From assembly GCA_013239625.1 (NCBI GenBank), contig MU053810.1, positions 753,320 through 817,319 on the forward strand: a stretch of DNA of 64,000 nucleotides, given 5' to 3'. This document shows positions 1 through 12,659 of the stretch, in pieces. The stretch is from Lama guanicoe. Taxonomy: Eukaryota. Both the position numbers and the translations under genes were made by a program. Within the stretch, counting starts at the first letter, position 1, and the number at the start of each line of letters is the position of its first letter. A model generated the notes under the pieces. The model was not told the origin of the DNA. It searched no databases and saw nothing but the letters and a program-made list of their open reading frames with translations.

Positions 1-1604
1 GGCTGTGCAGCCAGCAGCCACTGCGGCAGCCGGACGTGATGGCGGCACAGGGAACCCGACAGAGGCCTTCCTGCAGCCCTTCCTCTGGGGCCCGCGGGTA
101 CGTCCTCAAGGCCGGGAGCCATGATGCCATTTCTGACCTGGCCTGGAAGTCACCTTTTGGGTGGGAAAGTCACCTTTCCTGGCAGCCCCGGAGCTGAGAC
201 TTAATAAGGAGCCAGAGGTGCCTGGAAGGGAAAAACTCCTGGCTGATCATCACTGTGGCCTGAACTCCCAGCCAGGTCCCAGCCAGGTCCCAGCCGGGGC
301 TTGTCTCCCTGGGGCTTTCATGCAGCCTTCTGCTGGCAAAGGGCCTCAGAATGGAATGTTCTGGGACCAGCAGGTGTGTAACAAATGCCACAAATGCCTG
401 CTCACTGATGTCAGAGGATCAGGGCTGGCCCTGGGCCAGACACGGGGCTGGGGGGGGGGCTGACCTTGCTAATCCCAGCTTCCCTTCCTCCTCTTTGTAC
501 CTTCTGCTGCCACATTTATGCAGGGCCCCTTTCTTGCTCCTCTTTCCTGACCTTAAACCTACTCCTCAGGAAAGGGAAGTGCATTTAGACTATAGTGTGA
601 ATGACTGACAGCCCTTCAGTACTCTGCTGTCCCCCTTTCTCTCTCTTTTTAACAAGTTTGACATGGCCTTAGTCTGGCTTCTGAAACTGGGACCATGAAT
701 TACTGGGGATACCTGGTGATGTGCTGGAGGGGTAGACAAAGCAGAGGATTACCCGGTGTCCCTTCCTGGAACATCCCTTTTATTAGATGAAGAGAAAAAA
801 GTTATCTATTAAAATGAACACGTATGTCACAAAGCAGAAAAAAGTTGCCTGGATTTGAAAGACAAAACTGAGTCTACTCTCCATATACAACAGTTGAATT
901 TCTTTCCTCTAGGCCCAGAGGAGCAGAGTTCCTGCTCAGCTGTGCACTGTGGAAACACCAGGTGATGACGAGAGAGCCCCCTCCAGTCATCGATCATCTT
1001 GTCGGCAGGTTGGCAATGGCCTGGTGTACAAGGCTTCCATGCTTTTCTGAACATTTCAATACTGTTTTTGAGATTAAGACGTCTAAGTGTCAACCCATGT
1101 TGCGAATTCCAAGCCACACACAGGGCTTAAGAATCACAAGAGGCACAAGCATGCCCTGTGTCTCTGAGCACACGTTCACGTAAAGGCTTAGAAGCTTCAC
1201 CGTGACCTCGCCAGGTGTGAACCTGAGAAGTCACAGGGGAACACTGTCATGACAGCTGGGTGGAAAGCGCAGGCTACGAAGACAAAATAAAACCACAGGG
1301 CACACAAAGGTGGACGTGAGAGTGTAAAAGAAAGGGAAGAAAGCTTGGAAACCAGGAGAGAGGGCCACCCCCAGGGAGGTCACATGGAAGAGCTGGACGG
1401 GAAGAGTCAGGCTGACGTGGAGGCTCTCGGCTCTGCGGCCACCCGGACCCTGTCCGCCTCCTGCACCTGCCTCCACCGCGCACGCCTGCATCTCCAAAAG
1501 GGGAGCGCGCCCTAGAATCCAGCCGCCTCAAAGTCAAAGCCACGGCGACTGGCTTGACAGAATCTGCTTCTGTTTTCCAAAGCTTATATTTGCTCTCCGA
1601 TGAC

Positions 1605-1812
1605 TTTCTTTTTCAGTTGAGGTGTAGTTGATCTACAAGGTTGTGTTAGTTTCTGGTGCACAGAATAGTGATTCAGTTATATGTATATATATTCCTTTCA
1701 TTATAGGTTATTATAAGATAATGAATATAGTTCCCCATGCTCTACAGGAGGACCTTGTTGTTTATCCATTTTAGATATAGTAGTGTGTATCTGCTGACCC
1801 CAAACTCCTAAT
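1605..1812 (-). mobile_element. L1 3'-end fragment (artiodactyl/camelid type)
   Basis: T-tract then gttgaggtgtagttgatctacaaggttgtgttagtttctggtg...gaatatagttccc; similar to the copies at 37.0, 41.2 and 61.1 kb. Confidence 0.8.
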
Positions 1813-2614
1813 GCTTTCTGATGACTTCTGCTACAATGAGCTAGATTACTCTCAAGATTCCCAATATTATGATCGGTCATAATATGATGTTGGAGGAAGG
1901 AGATGAATCACATTGCTGGGGAGACGGTGAATAAGGAAACAAGTGCATTCATGTTTTGTTAAGGACTGCCTCTGATTTCTCGTCTCCTGGGGCCCCATTC
2001 CTGAAACGGGGCAGGGACGGAATCTGCCCTCGGAGGCACTTGCATCACCCTTGGGAAGTCTTCCTCTTTTCTCCTGGAATTGCCTGGTGTCCCGTGTGTC
2101 TCTGTCCAGCAGCCCCTCAGCACCCATGGGCTCCAGAGCTGATGATGACGACCTTCCTCGAGATGCCTGAAGGGCATCTGGAACCATTGCCCCCCACGCC
2201 CCCCAGCCTTCAATTCTAGCTGTACCAGGCTCCCCGCCCACCTGCCTCTGCCTCCTGCCCTCGGGCTGCATTCTGTCAGTCACCCGGGTCACAACTGGCC
2301 AGAACACAGCATGAAGGACAGGAAAGCCAAACAGACAAGCAAGACGCCCCACCTCTGGGCTGAGGGCTGGTGTGAATTCTTGCGGGGGGTGGGGATGGGC
2401 AGGTGGGGATCATCATTTGTCTCCCTCCTGTTAGTGAAGAAGCCAGAGCCAGGAAACCTTCTATAGGTGCGAGACATTCACCCTCGACGTCCCGCCCCGG
2501 GCGTAGAAAGTTTCCTCACTTCCAGGCGTGAGGCAGCTGAGGCTCCAGGAGCCTGGTGTTCCCCAGGGGCTCATTGACAAGTGCCAGCCCACGGAGGACT
2601 CGCCTGTCACGTAG

Positions 2615-2750
2615 GCACAGTGATCTCCGTTTTACAGATGGGAAACCAAGACGTAGAGACACCAACTCACCTCCGGTCCCCAGCTAGTAACTGCCGGAGC
2701 GACGCCTGGAGTCTAGGCATTCTGACTCCAGAGCCCGTTTCCTTATTTCA
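2615..2750. mobile_element. MIR SINE fragment
   Basis: ccgttttacagatgggaaaccaag...ctgactccagagccc MIR core-like. Confidence 0.7.
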
Positions 2751-3519
2751 CCACCACGCTGCACTGCCCCCGCGTCACAGAGCGTAAACACAGGGCTTCC
2801 CACATGTCTGTCCTCTGCTGAAGCGGTCCTGACTGCCCAGTGTCTGAGGCTGCATGGCGTCTCCCTCGGAACAGAGGATGCGCCAAATGGCTCAGCTGAA
2901 AATGAAAGGCAGGGATACAGCTGGCCCCTCGGCCTGGCCCCTGAGGGCGGGTGCCACTGCTGTTCTCGGGCGTCTGCCACCTACCCTGGATCCACACGTG
3001 GGTGAGGGTGATCGTTACCTTTCCCCACCTGCCAGCGAGGCTGGCTCAGGCTCCCGCCCACAGCCCAGGCTGCCCTGAGGGCTGGTTCAGAAATCATTGT
3101 TGGCCAAGAGAGGCTTGGCTCTCGTGGGGGGCCACCCCTCCATTGTCACCCTTCCCAACCAGATGGAGGAGGAGCCTTGATGTGTAGGAGGTGCCCCAGC
3201 AGTGTCCCCCACCCCACCCAATGACAGAGCAGGATCCCAGGGGGCAGAAAGGATGTGAATGAGACAACAGGGAGGGTGTGGGATGTTAGGATGGAATCCT
3301 GAGAGAGGCTGAAGGGCGGAGACACTGGTCTAGTCTGGCTCAGATCCAGCAGAGAAAATTGGGTCCAGTTTAGACCTGAAGGTGCTCGTGCTGGAGAAAA
3401 AAAATTTCCTGTGTATTCCAAGCAGCTAAAACGCATTGCTCAGGCGCAGAATTGCTGGTTGGTGCCACAATGTGCATTTGCTCCATAGTGCTATTATTAT
3501 TACATGTTACATACTGCTA

Positions 3520-3890
3520 GAATTGCTAGGTTCTTAAGCTCGCTTTTAGCTAGCTCTGATCACGTGACACAGTTCTGGCTATTGGAACATGTGTAAAAGT
3601 GAGTTGTGTGCAAATTGTGGGTCATGTCTGTCAGAGGAGGTGGTGTGCCTTTGCCTTTCGTCATGACACCTTCCTCGTGGCTAGGATGCAATTGCAATGG
3701 TAGGAACTGGAGCAGCCATTCTGAGCCACAAGATGGAAAGCACGAGGGTCCCTGATGGTTGTGAAGTTGCCCTGCTGTTTCTGTACATTTGAACTTTTAC
3801 TTGACAGAGATACAGATTTTCATCTTGTTTAAGACAATATTATGTGGGTCTCTTTGTTACTACAGGCAAGTTGATATCCCACTAGTGCAG
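3520..3890 (+). mobile_element. Old MaLR (MLT1-type) LTR fragment
   Basis: ctggagcagccattctgagccacaag and a terminal tcttgtttaagac...tctttgttactac motif. Confidence 0.6.
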
Positions 3891-4821
3891 TTCAGAGCTC
3901 AGAGAGCCTCCCCAAGTACCCTTCGGGTGTGAGGGGTTGCAATCCCTCACACTCTGCGTATGCCAGGCCTCATCTGCCCAGGGTCAGAATGGGGAACGTT
4001 TTGGGGTGAGTTTGCAGGAAAAGAGAAGAAAAGACCACTCCAGGCAGCCTTCTTTCCTGCCGGCCTATAACCACTTCCAGGCAGGCTGACTGATCACTGC
4101 TTCCAGAACAATGGGGCCAGCCCTGGCTGTGCCTCATTCAACCTGAGGTTCTCCTGATGTAACAGCTGGTGGGGGAGGAAAAGCCGTGAGGGCAGGGGAG
4201 GTAGTGTTCTGCTTCCAACAGTGTGGTTACCAGGTCATGGAGTGGCCCTGGACCAGTTTCTCCAGCTATGAAGACAGAAATGACCCTGGCTGCTGCCCAC
4301 AGGGCCTTGTCCCCGTGACCTGTCCCTTAGGAACCCGGGAAAATGCTTTCTGTTCAAGCTTACAGCAGGTTGCTGTTTTGAAAGATGACTGCCGTCTTTG
4401 ATTTGCTGTCTTGGTGGTTTGACTGAAGGGGAAAAGCCCCCTGTGGTGTTGACTTAAGACTTGCCAGCCTGGTGTCACCTCTGTACTTCTGGAGCCAGCC
4501 CACCTGTGCTGTGACATTCCAGCCACGGGGCCTTAGAAGCGTTCCTTCTTTCCCCTTTGAAGTGACAAGCCCGGCATTCCGGCGTCCGGCTCCGTCGGGG
4601 CCGAGCGCAGTGAGGGAAGCTGGTCGTGTGGGGCCTGACCCCTCCAGGCGCAGACAAGGGAGCCCCTCACGGTCAAGGCCAGAGCGACACGGGGACTCGC
4701 ACAGACAGCTTTGTGGCTTCCAGAGACGCCGCCCCTGAAACAGATGTCTGTCTCCTTGTCCCCTTGTCGGGAATACCTGCCTTTCTCCTGGGAAGGCTTC
4801 GCCTGAGGAGTTCCTTCTCCC

Positions 4822-5036
4822 CTGGGGGGAGACCAGACTCAAGTCCAATGCCAGTGAGGACACGTGGGAGTTTGTATCCCAGGAGCAGGGTGGGGTCGGA
4901 GGATGGAAAACCACTCGGGGGAATCCAGGCTACTTCAGCGCCACAGGGCTGTTGCTGAAGGCGGGCTGGGTGACAGGAACCAGGCTGGGGACAAGGAGAT
5001 GGATCACCTAATGAGGGTGGTCAGGTACCGGGGGGG
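4822..5036 (-). mobile_element. Partial ERV1 LTR (MER31-like), inverted copy of 6604-6832
   Basis: Aligns by eye to the reverse complement of 6604-6832, including a 30-nt exact match. Confidence 0.7.
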
Positions 5037-5489
5037 CTCTCCCGTGGGCTGCAGGGGACCTGAATGGGCTGCAGTGGAAGGTTTTCTGGCCAGAAAGACC
5101 TTGAAAACGGGCAAAAGGTCCCCAGTCATCCGGGTTGAGCCCTGACCGTCAAGTGCACACCTAACTCCTATTATTTTCTCTTTTCCTGCTTTCAATGTGG
5201 CTATTTCCTGGTCAGGAAGGGACTCTGTGGTGCCGCACAGGGTCAGGGTGGCGGGGAAGGTGGAGGGGGGCCCGCGCTGTTCTGTGTCTGGCTCCCACCA
5301 GCTCTTCCTTCAGCCCCATGTATGAAATGAGTGACCAAAGGCTGATCACACTAACTGCTTGGCCTCAACCTTCTTCTCTGTGAAATGGGGGCAAGAAGCT
5401 CTTCCAGATCCCCAGGCAAAGACTGGACTGCCCGTCCTCCCAGGTTTCCTGCCACCTCTGAAACCTTGAGTCTCAGGAAGACTGTTCCT

Positions 5490-7330
5490 TTAGAAGCAAC
5501 CTCAAACTGTTACAGAAAAGCAGCAAGTATGGGGTAAGTATTTTTCCAGAACCGTCTGGGAATAAATTGCTGGTGTGATGGCCACACCCCTGAAGACTTG
5601 TGTGTATTTTCTAGACACAAGGACGTCCCCCTGCAACACGACCATCAACTGAAGAAGGCAGTCTGTCCCATTCCTACCTTCCAGTCCCCTCTGCCCCGTC
5701 GTGTCTTCCCAGGAATGCCCGTTGCAGCAGAGGGTCCGGTACAGGACCGCGTGTCCCATTTAGTTGGTCTGCCTCTTTGGTCTCCTTGCCTGGGAAGCAC
5801 TCCTCCGTCTTTCACTGATTTGCATGATCTCAGCTCTTTTGAGTATCACAGACTCAGTTGTTTATAGAAGGTCCCCAGTCTGAGTTTTCTGCTGTTTCCT
5901 CATGCTTGGGGTCAGGGTCTGAATCCGTGGTAGGAGTGGAGGTCTTGCCCTGTTCTCATCGCTGCACCATCTCCCATTGGTTCCATCGCCGATGCCTTGA
6001 ATGAGGTCTGTCCGCCAAGCCTCTCCATGTGATGTGAATTTTTACTTCTAATTGTTAAATATTTTGTGGGGAGGTACTTTGAAACTATATAACTAGCCAG
6101 TTACTCAACAAATAATTATTCGATTAATAATCAATTATAAATACATGAGTAAATGTAACTAATTAACGTAATTAATCAGTTAACACAGGAGTGGACTCGT
6201 GGTTTCCTATTTCATCTAGTGAGTTATGACTCATTGTCATTATTTGTCCTGATGCTTAAGTCATCCCAGGTCTGGTCCATGGGAGCCTGTTCCAACTGGC
6301 CTCTGTGTCCTTTTGACATGTCCCCATCATTCTTTGAGCACTTCCTAACTTTCTGATGCAAGAATGTGTTCTAGACTCGTCTTATGGTTTCCCATCCCAA
6401 GATCTGGAACCAGCCATTCCTCCCAGGAACCCTCACTTTTTTTTAGTGGACAGCGGGTGCTGACAGAGACTCTCCTTGATCTAACTCTAATCAGGCTCCT
6501 CGGAGCCTTCCACTCTGGGCTCCACCTTGGGCTTCCCTCTCTGTCCTTGGAGAATCCAGTTTGAGCAGGAACCATGCTAATAAGTCAGTTTATCAAAATA
6601 GCACCCCTTGGTATCTGGCCACTCTCATTATGTGATCAACTTCCTCATTCCCAGCCTGGAGTCCTGTCACCCAGCCCACCTTCAGCAAGAGCTCTGTGGA
6701 GCTGATGTGGCTCGGATTCCCCTGACATTTCCCCTGAGTGATTTTCCATCCTCCAACCCCCACCCTGCTCCTGGGATACAAACTCCCGCCTGTCCTCACT
6801 GGCGTCAGACTTGAATCTGACCACTCTCCCTACTACAAGCCCCCACTGTAGTAGCGAACAGCCCACCTCACGTGTCTGACAAGTGTCATGAGTCATCCTT
6901 TCTTTCGCGATGGTTTTCAGAAGCCAGCACAGGTGGACGTGTGGGTGTTGCAGTGTCAGTGGACTGAGCTTGGGCACGTATGTGCGTATACATGTACGTG
7001 CATCTGCACATAGTTACATCTGTTTATTTCTGCTTCTGTCGACGTAGATTGAACATCTCAAGCACCAGCGTAGCTCCCATCCCAAGCCGACATCAAAGGA
7101 TTCATTCTAGTTTCCTCCCTTCCAGGTTTGCAGCCCCTTCTTGGGCTAGGAGAGCACTGGCTCCCGCTGTCCTTAATACAGCAACTTCCTTGGTCACTTG
7201 CACTGTATGTGACCCAGCTCTCATCATACCACCCCTCCTCAGCTAGGAGGCCACCCCCAACCCCACCTGCCCCCCGGCTCTGAGAGCCCGTGCTGGGCCA
7301 CCTGCCCATAGCAGCCATCCTCGCCCCCCA
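5490..7330 (-). mobile_element. Old L1M (L1MC/L1ME-type) 3' region, interrupted by an LTR
   Basis: gggaggtactttgaaactat, ggcctctgtgtccttttgacatgtccccatcattctttgagcacttcc, ccagccattcctcccaggaaccc resemble recalled L1MC4/5 3' UTR. Confidence 0.65.
6461..6908 (+). mobile_element. Solo ERV1 LTR, MER31-like, nested in L1M
   Basis: Starts TGACAGAGACTCTCCTTGATCTAACTCTAATCAGGCTCCT and ends ...aagtgtcatgagtcatcctttctttc; ~450 bp. L1 sequence resumes on both sides. Confidence 0.7.
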
Positions 7331-8239
7331 GCACTGTGCCGCCCACCCCCATGGACTCTGGGCCTTGCCAACCCCCCACCCATGGCTCTTGGACAGCATT
7401 GTGTGGGAAGGAAGAGCCTGGGAGACCCTTCAGTAGCACAGAACATTCTAGCCGGGGTGATGGTTTCTGAGACTCAGAAACCAAAGACAATCCGTGTGAC
7501 CCCCTCACAGGTCCCTGGGGACCGAGGCATCCTGGCTTGGATCACCTGTGACCCTGTCTGTTCCTCTTGACAAAAAGAGCCGTTTAGAGCCTTCGAGAGA
7601 GAAGCTGGCCCTCTGCCCTTTCTGTGCTTCAGGCCACACGTGTGACATTGGAAGGGTTACATTTTAATGATCCCACCAGCTTCTGGCCCCATCTCTCCCG
7701 CTGGTTACTCATGCTTTTTGGAAGCAGGCCCGGTGCCAGCAGCTTCCGCCGGTGTGGCTCAGAGCGGCCCGCGGGCAGGGCCCCACCCAGGGCTCCTCGA
7801 TCCCAGCGTTTGTCTTAGCACTGGGCCAAGGGGTGCCGGGCCATCTGGGGTTTTCCCTCAGACCCCTGTGCAGTTTCCCCTTCTGGGGTGTCATTTCTCT
7901 TTCCCAGAGGAGAGACACATAAGGTGCCAGTGAACAGAATCGTGGAAGCCCCTGCTTGAGTAATGGGAGACTGACAGCCCCAGAGGTCACCAGGGCAAGG
8001 GGCCCTTTACACGAGGCCAACAGAGCTGAAAACTCAGGGCCTCTGGCATGGCTGCTTCCAAAGCCTGTGCTATTAGTCATCGCTGTTTTTGTAGTCTTTG
8101 TCTTGAAGAAGGGTCCCCAGATTATCTAAGCTGTGGGCCCCACCGCCTGGGCCTGCCCTGGGTCCAACTTAAACTGCACCATAACTCTTGGCTCCTACAG
8201 TTCCCAGGGGATGAGAAAGGACCAACATAGGACCCTGTG

Positions 8240-8405
8240 CAGGAAAGCAGCTCAGTGTGGCGAAGAGCAAGACTGCCTGGGGTTGAATCTCAGCTCTGAC
8301 ATTCACCAGCTGTGGGATTCCAGAAGTTACCTGCTGTGCTGGGCCTCAGTTTCCTTTAAGAGTACCTACCTCACCCCCCGGGGCTGATGTGAGGATCAGA
8401 TGCTT
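8240..8405. mobile_element. MIR SINE
   Basis: gactgcctggggttgaatctcagctctgacattcaccagctgtg...gcctcagtttcct. Confidence 0.75.
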
Positions 8406-9401
8406 TCATCCATCTATATGAACTCTATCTGTCTGTCTGTCTTCTGTCTACCTGGAGAGTGACACAGGAAGGGTCCCCAAACAGCACTCAGATATTTCAT
8501 CCATCCATTAAGCTCATTTATTAAAAAGCTGCCATGAAACTCACAAGCCACATGTCCCGTATCCTGAAGAACCTTGACTTCCCCTCTTGCTTCAAGGCCA
8601 AACCTTGTTCCCTAACTTCTTTGCCTTATTAGGGGAGGCTTGAAAGACTCCTAAAGTTTCAGAGCATTTTGATTCCCAGACCGTCCGCCCTGGACTGCTC
8701 ACCACGAGAGCAGTTTGGCCTCGTCCCGCTGCACACAGCACACGCCGGGGGCCGGGGGAGCGGGACTGCAGCCCAGCCCTGTGCTGCCTCCTGGCTCTGT
8801 CCCCAGGGAAGGGCCAGCCTTCCCCTGGCTCCACAGGGGAGAAGCTGAGAGCCCGGGAGAGCTTGGAGGGGTTAAGGTTTGGGGCATTTGGGAGGGTTGC
8901 TGGCTGGGAGGAAAGCGAGGTGGATGTGAACCAGCTCGTGGAAAAAACCCAAACGCAGCCCCAGGGGAGAACCTCCTGCCAGACCCCCCAGGAATTCCAC
9001 TCCGCCTACCGGAGCTTGACCACGTGGGGACCTTTCACCCGTCCTGCCACCAGTTCTGCCCGCCTCTCCCTTGTTGTCAGAAGGCTGGGGGCTCAAACAC
9101 TCAAATGTCACGTGCATTTCTTTCTTCTTCCTCAGCTGGCTGGGTGAGACCAAGAATGAATAGCAGACGGGTTCTCCTCGGGGAGGCCAGACTGCCCAGG
9201 CCCCGGCTGGGCCGAAGGGCTCAGGTCCTCCCATCCAAACCCTCTCAGCATGCCAGCCTGGAGCCTTCCCCTTTCACCCCAGCCCCCAGGACATGCCCTC
9301 CACACTCCCCACCCCCATCTCCTTCCCTCCCGCTTCCTCCCCTATTGGCTTCTGTGCCCACCAGCCCTCCCTGACTCCTGCCCGAGAGGAGAGGTTCTGG
9401 G

Positions 9402-10017
9402 TGTTACCCAACCAAACTCGGGCCCGCTCGACAGGGTGCAACAAAGCCAGCCTACTGACACTGGGTTGTGGTGAAGCAAAGTGCAGTGTTTACTACAGGC
9501 ACCAAGGAAGGAGCCGGGGCAGCTAAGGCTCCAAAAGGCCTGAGCTCCCTGATGGCTTTAAGGGAACGGTTCTTAAAGACACGGTGAGGGTGGGGTTGGG
9601 GAGTATGAGGGTCGGCTCAGGGATGTCCTTCTGATTGGTGGGTGGTGAGGCCATCAGCAGTCGGCATCATCAGCCTTCTGGTTCCAGCCAGTCTGGGGCC
9701 CACGTGCTTGTGGGCAGCATACATACCTGGTGGGGGTTTCAGTGTCTGCAAAACAGCTCAAAAGATATGACTCAGAATATCATTTCCAGCCCTTGAGGAA
9801 GAACTAAATGTCTCTGACTTTACTTAATGGCTGAACTGTTACTGTTTTGTCTTGCTGGACTGTTTCCCTTTGTTTCTGCGTTTTCTCACTTTTCTGATTA
9901 AATGTATTCTTTGGAACTTGGGGAAGGCCCAGGAGGCTGAAGGTTTTCAACAAACAAGAGGGAGGCAGAGGACATAGGAGTCTGTTCAGCAGGGCCACGG
10001 GGTCCTGCTCGGTTACC
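9402..10017 (-). mobile_element. Full-length solo ERV1-class LTR with TSD
   Basis: Termini TGTTACC...GGTTAC(C), flanked by TGGG at 9398-9401 and 10018-10021; ~616 bp. Confidence 0.8.
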
Positions 10018-10289
10018 TGGGGACCCAAAGGGCTGCAGCTCTTCTCCTGTTATGCGAAAGCCATATCATTTTCGTCCTAAATGGGGCACTTCTGAAAATA
10101 GATGGGGACGTCCCAGCGAGCGAGGCTGTGGGTTCACCTGGCTCCAGTGCCATCATCTCACACCTCCCTGGCCCAGCTGGCGCCCTCCCCAGGCCTGCGT
10201 GGTCCTCCTTCCTTTTCCCCCTGGAGTAACAGCAACATTCACTTTCGCTCAGCTCAGGCAGACCTCCTGCCCACCCTGACCTGCCCTGG

Positions 10290-11575
10290 TCACCGACCAG
10301 AGCCAGCTTGTCCTGGCTGGCTGGACTGATTGTTCGATTTTCAGGAATTTTGCAGGTCAGCTGTCATCATCTTAAAATGAAATGGCCTGAACTTACAATT
10401 AAACACGATATTCAATACTCTAAATCCATCAGCTCCTAATTATGCTGCTATTTTCTATGCCCTTGTTGTTACCTATGTCCACTTGGTCTGTTTGGTGGGA
10501 ATGCCACGGGCTGGTTGAGTCCTGCATTTCTCTTCCAAACTCTGTCTTCAGTGACATCAGGCTGGTAGCTGGACATTGTTCACGGGGCGACTAGTTGCAC
10601 CGACATTGGCAAACGCTACACACCAGGGCTAGATTCATTGTTTTGTGGCTTGTCAATACTTCAGATGTAAGAAAGAAAATGCTAATAATGCAGATTAAAT
10701 GTAAAAGCTTACTGTGTCTGTAACTGTTACATTTGATAACATAATAAAATGGAGGGGATATCTTCCAGCATTTGGAAATGGTAAACTGATTCAGCCAAGA
10801 AGTTACTCAGGCCAAAAAAAAGGTTTCAGTTTAATAAATATAATTCATATGAAAGAAATAACTTATCAGATCACATATCAGACTTAAGGGCAATAAATTT
10901 ATTGGGGGAAGCATTGGCTGATGGAGATGCAACTCCATTTGTGAAATCATGGTTGAATGCAAGGGCTTGGTGAAAAATCAGTGCGTGCGTTGTGTGAGAA
11001 TCAGTTCTGACTGTGTGCAAGTTACAGGGTAGAGTACAGGCCGACCTTGTTTTACTGTGCTTCGCAGATACTACATGTTTTTCAAATTAAAGGCTTGGGG
11101 CATCTCTGTGTCCAGCAAGTCTCTTGGTGCCAATTTTCCAACAGCATTTGCTCACTTCGTGTCTCTGTGTCACACTTTGGTAATTCTCTCAATACTTCAA
11201 GCTTTTCATTATTATTATGTTTGTCATGGTGACCTGCAGTCAGTGATCTTTGATGGTCCTCCTGCAGGAAGATTATGACTCGCTGAAGCCTCAGATGATG
11301 GTTAGCATTTTTAGCAATACAGACTGTTTAAATTAAGGTACGTTGTTTTTAGACAAAATGCTATCGCACACTTAAGCGACTACGGTACAATGTAAACATG
11401 ACTTTTATGTGCACATTGCGTGACTTGCTTTATTGCGACACGTGCTTTATTCTGGGGATCTGGAACGGAGCCTGCGGCATCTCTGAAGTGCACCTGAACT
11501 GTATATTTAAAGCATTATTTGTAAATTGTGTGCTACACATCCTTTATGGCACTTGAATTTGTAACAAACACAAAC
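10290..11575. mobile_element. MER63-like hAT DNA transposon interrupted by a Tigger element
   Basis: cagagccagcttgtcc...gattgttcgattttcaggaattttgc resembles MER63; similar AT-rich sequence appears to resume after 11497. Confidence 0.6.
11037..11496 (+). mobile_element. Internally deleted Tigger1 derivative (Tc1/mariner MITE)
   Basis: TA|CAGGCCGACCT start, ttccaacagcatttgctcacttcgtgtctctgtgtcaca body, and ...ctctgaagtgcacCTG end. Confidence 0.8.
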
Positions 11576-12084
11576 ACGTGTAAGTGGTCAAACATGGCTT
11601 TTCAGAGTCAGCGGGGAACACATGCCTGCACACGGCTGCCTGCCGCGGCCTTGGCGGGGCGAGGTGTCCCTGTCACTGTCCCCACAGTGACCTGTGCCAG
11701 ACGGGAGCACTGCCTCCTTGTGCGCATCTTGCCTGCTGAACTTCTCCAGGACAGGGACGCTCCACACTTAACACAGTGCCTGGCACATATTAGGGGCCCC
11801 TCCCAAAATGTGATGAACGACTCTGGATTTAACAGTTGAGTGGTGAGGGCACCCTCCATGAGTTTACCCCTCCTGGGGAGAGGCCGCATTCCTGGCTTCT
11901 CCAGTGGGGTGTGGCCCCGTGGTGAATTCAGTGGGTGATGTGTGGTGGTCGGAGTGTTGTCAGCCACTTTCAGACAAGACTCTCCAGATGCCTCTTCCTT
12001 CCCTGCTCAGGGACGCTGGAGATAAAGTGTTCCTGATTTTGTAGCCACGTGGTGAAGGAGGGATGGGTGCCCCACAAAGCCTGC

Positions 12085-12180
12085 CCTTTGAGTAAAGAGA
12101 CTTTTATTTTGTTAAGTCACAAAGATCACGGGGCTTATTTGTTACCGCAGCACAGCCTAATCCATCCTGACTAATGCAAT
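12085..12180 (+). mobile_element. MLT1 LTR 3' end fragment
   Basis: ttgttaagtcac...ttgttaccgcagcacagcctaatccatcctgactaatgca. Confidence 0.65.
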
Positions 12181-12659
12181 GAGGAAACAAAGATGTGGGA
12201 GGCAATTTGGGCTGAGTTGAGTAGCTTGTTAGTGGCAGGGCCAAGCCAAGTGCCATCTTCATTTTCACTCTACATGTGCCTCCCCAACCCCATCAGGCAT
12301 TTCTTCCCTCCTAAATGTTTTTTCAGAAATAAAGTATGAATCCGAGGTGGGTTTTGCTCAGTGCCCCATTTCAGAGGATAACTGGTTGGGACCCACTCAC
12401 GGTGAGGCCTCCCAAGGCTCCCAGCCCAGCAGGCACACCCACCAAACATGCTCTTTCATTAGAGGATGAGCAGGAATGGCTGGTGCCTGGGATTCGGTCT
12501 CCATTAACTGTCATTAGCCTGGTTGACATTTCACCCGAAGCACCCCTCCCTGACCTGCAATTTACCACTTCCTTCAGAATTATCTGGACAGAACTGGTAC
12601 TTGGATGGAGAGAGAACCAGCTTTAAAAGCAGCTTTCTCAGGGGATATAACTTGGGCCC

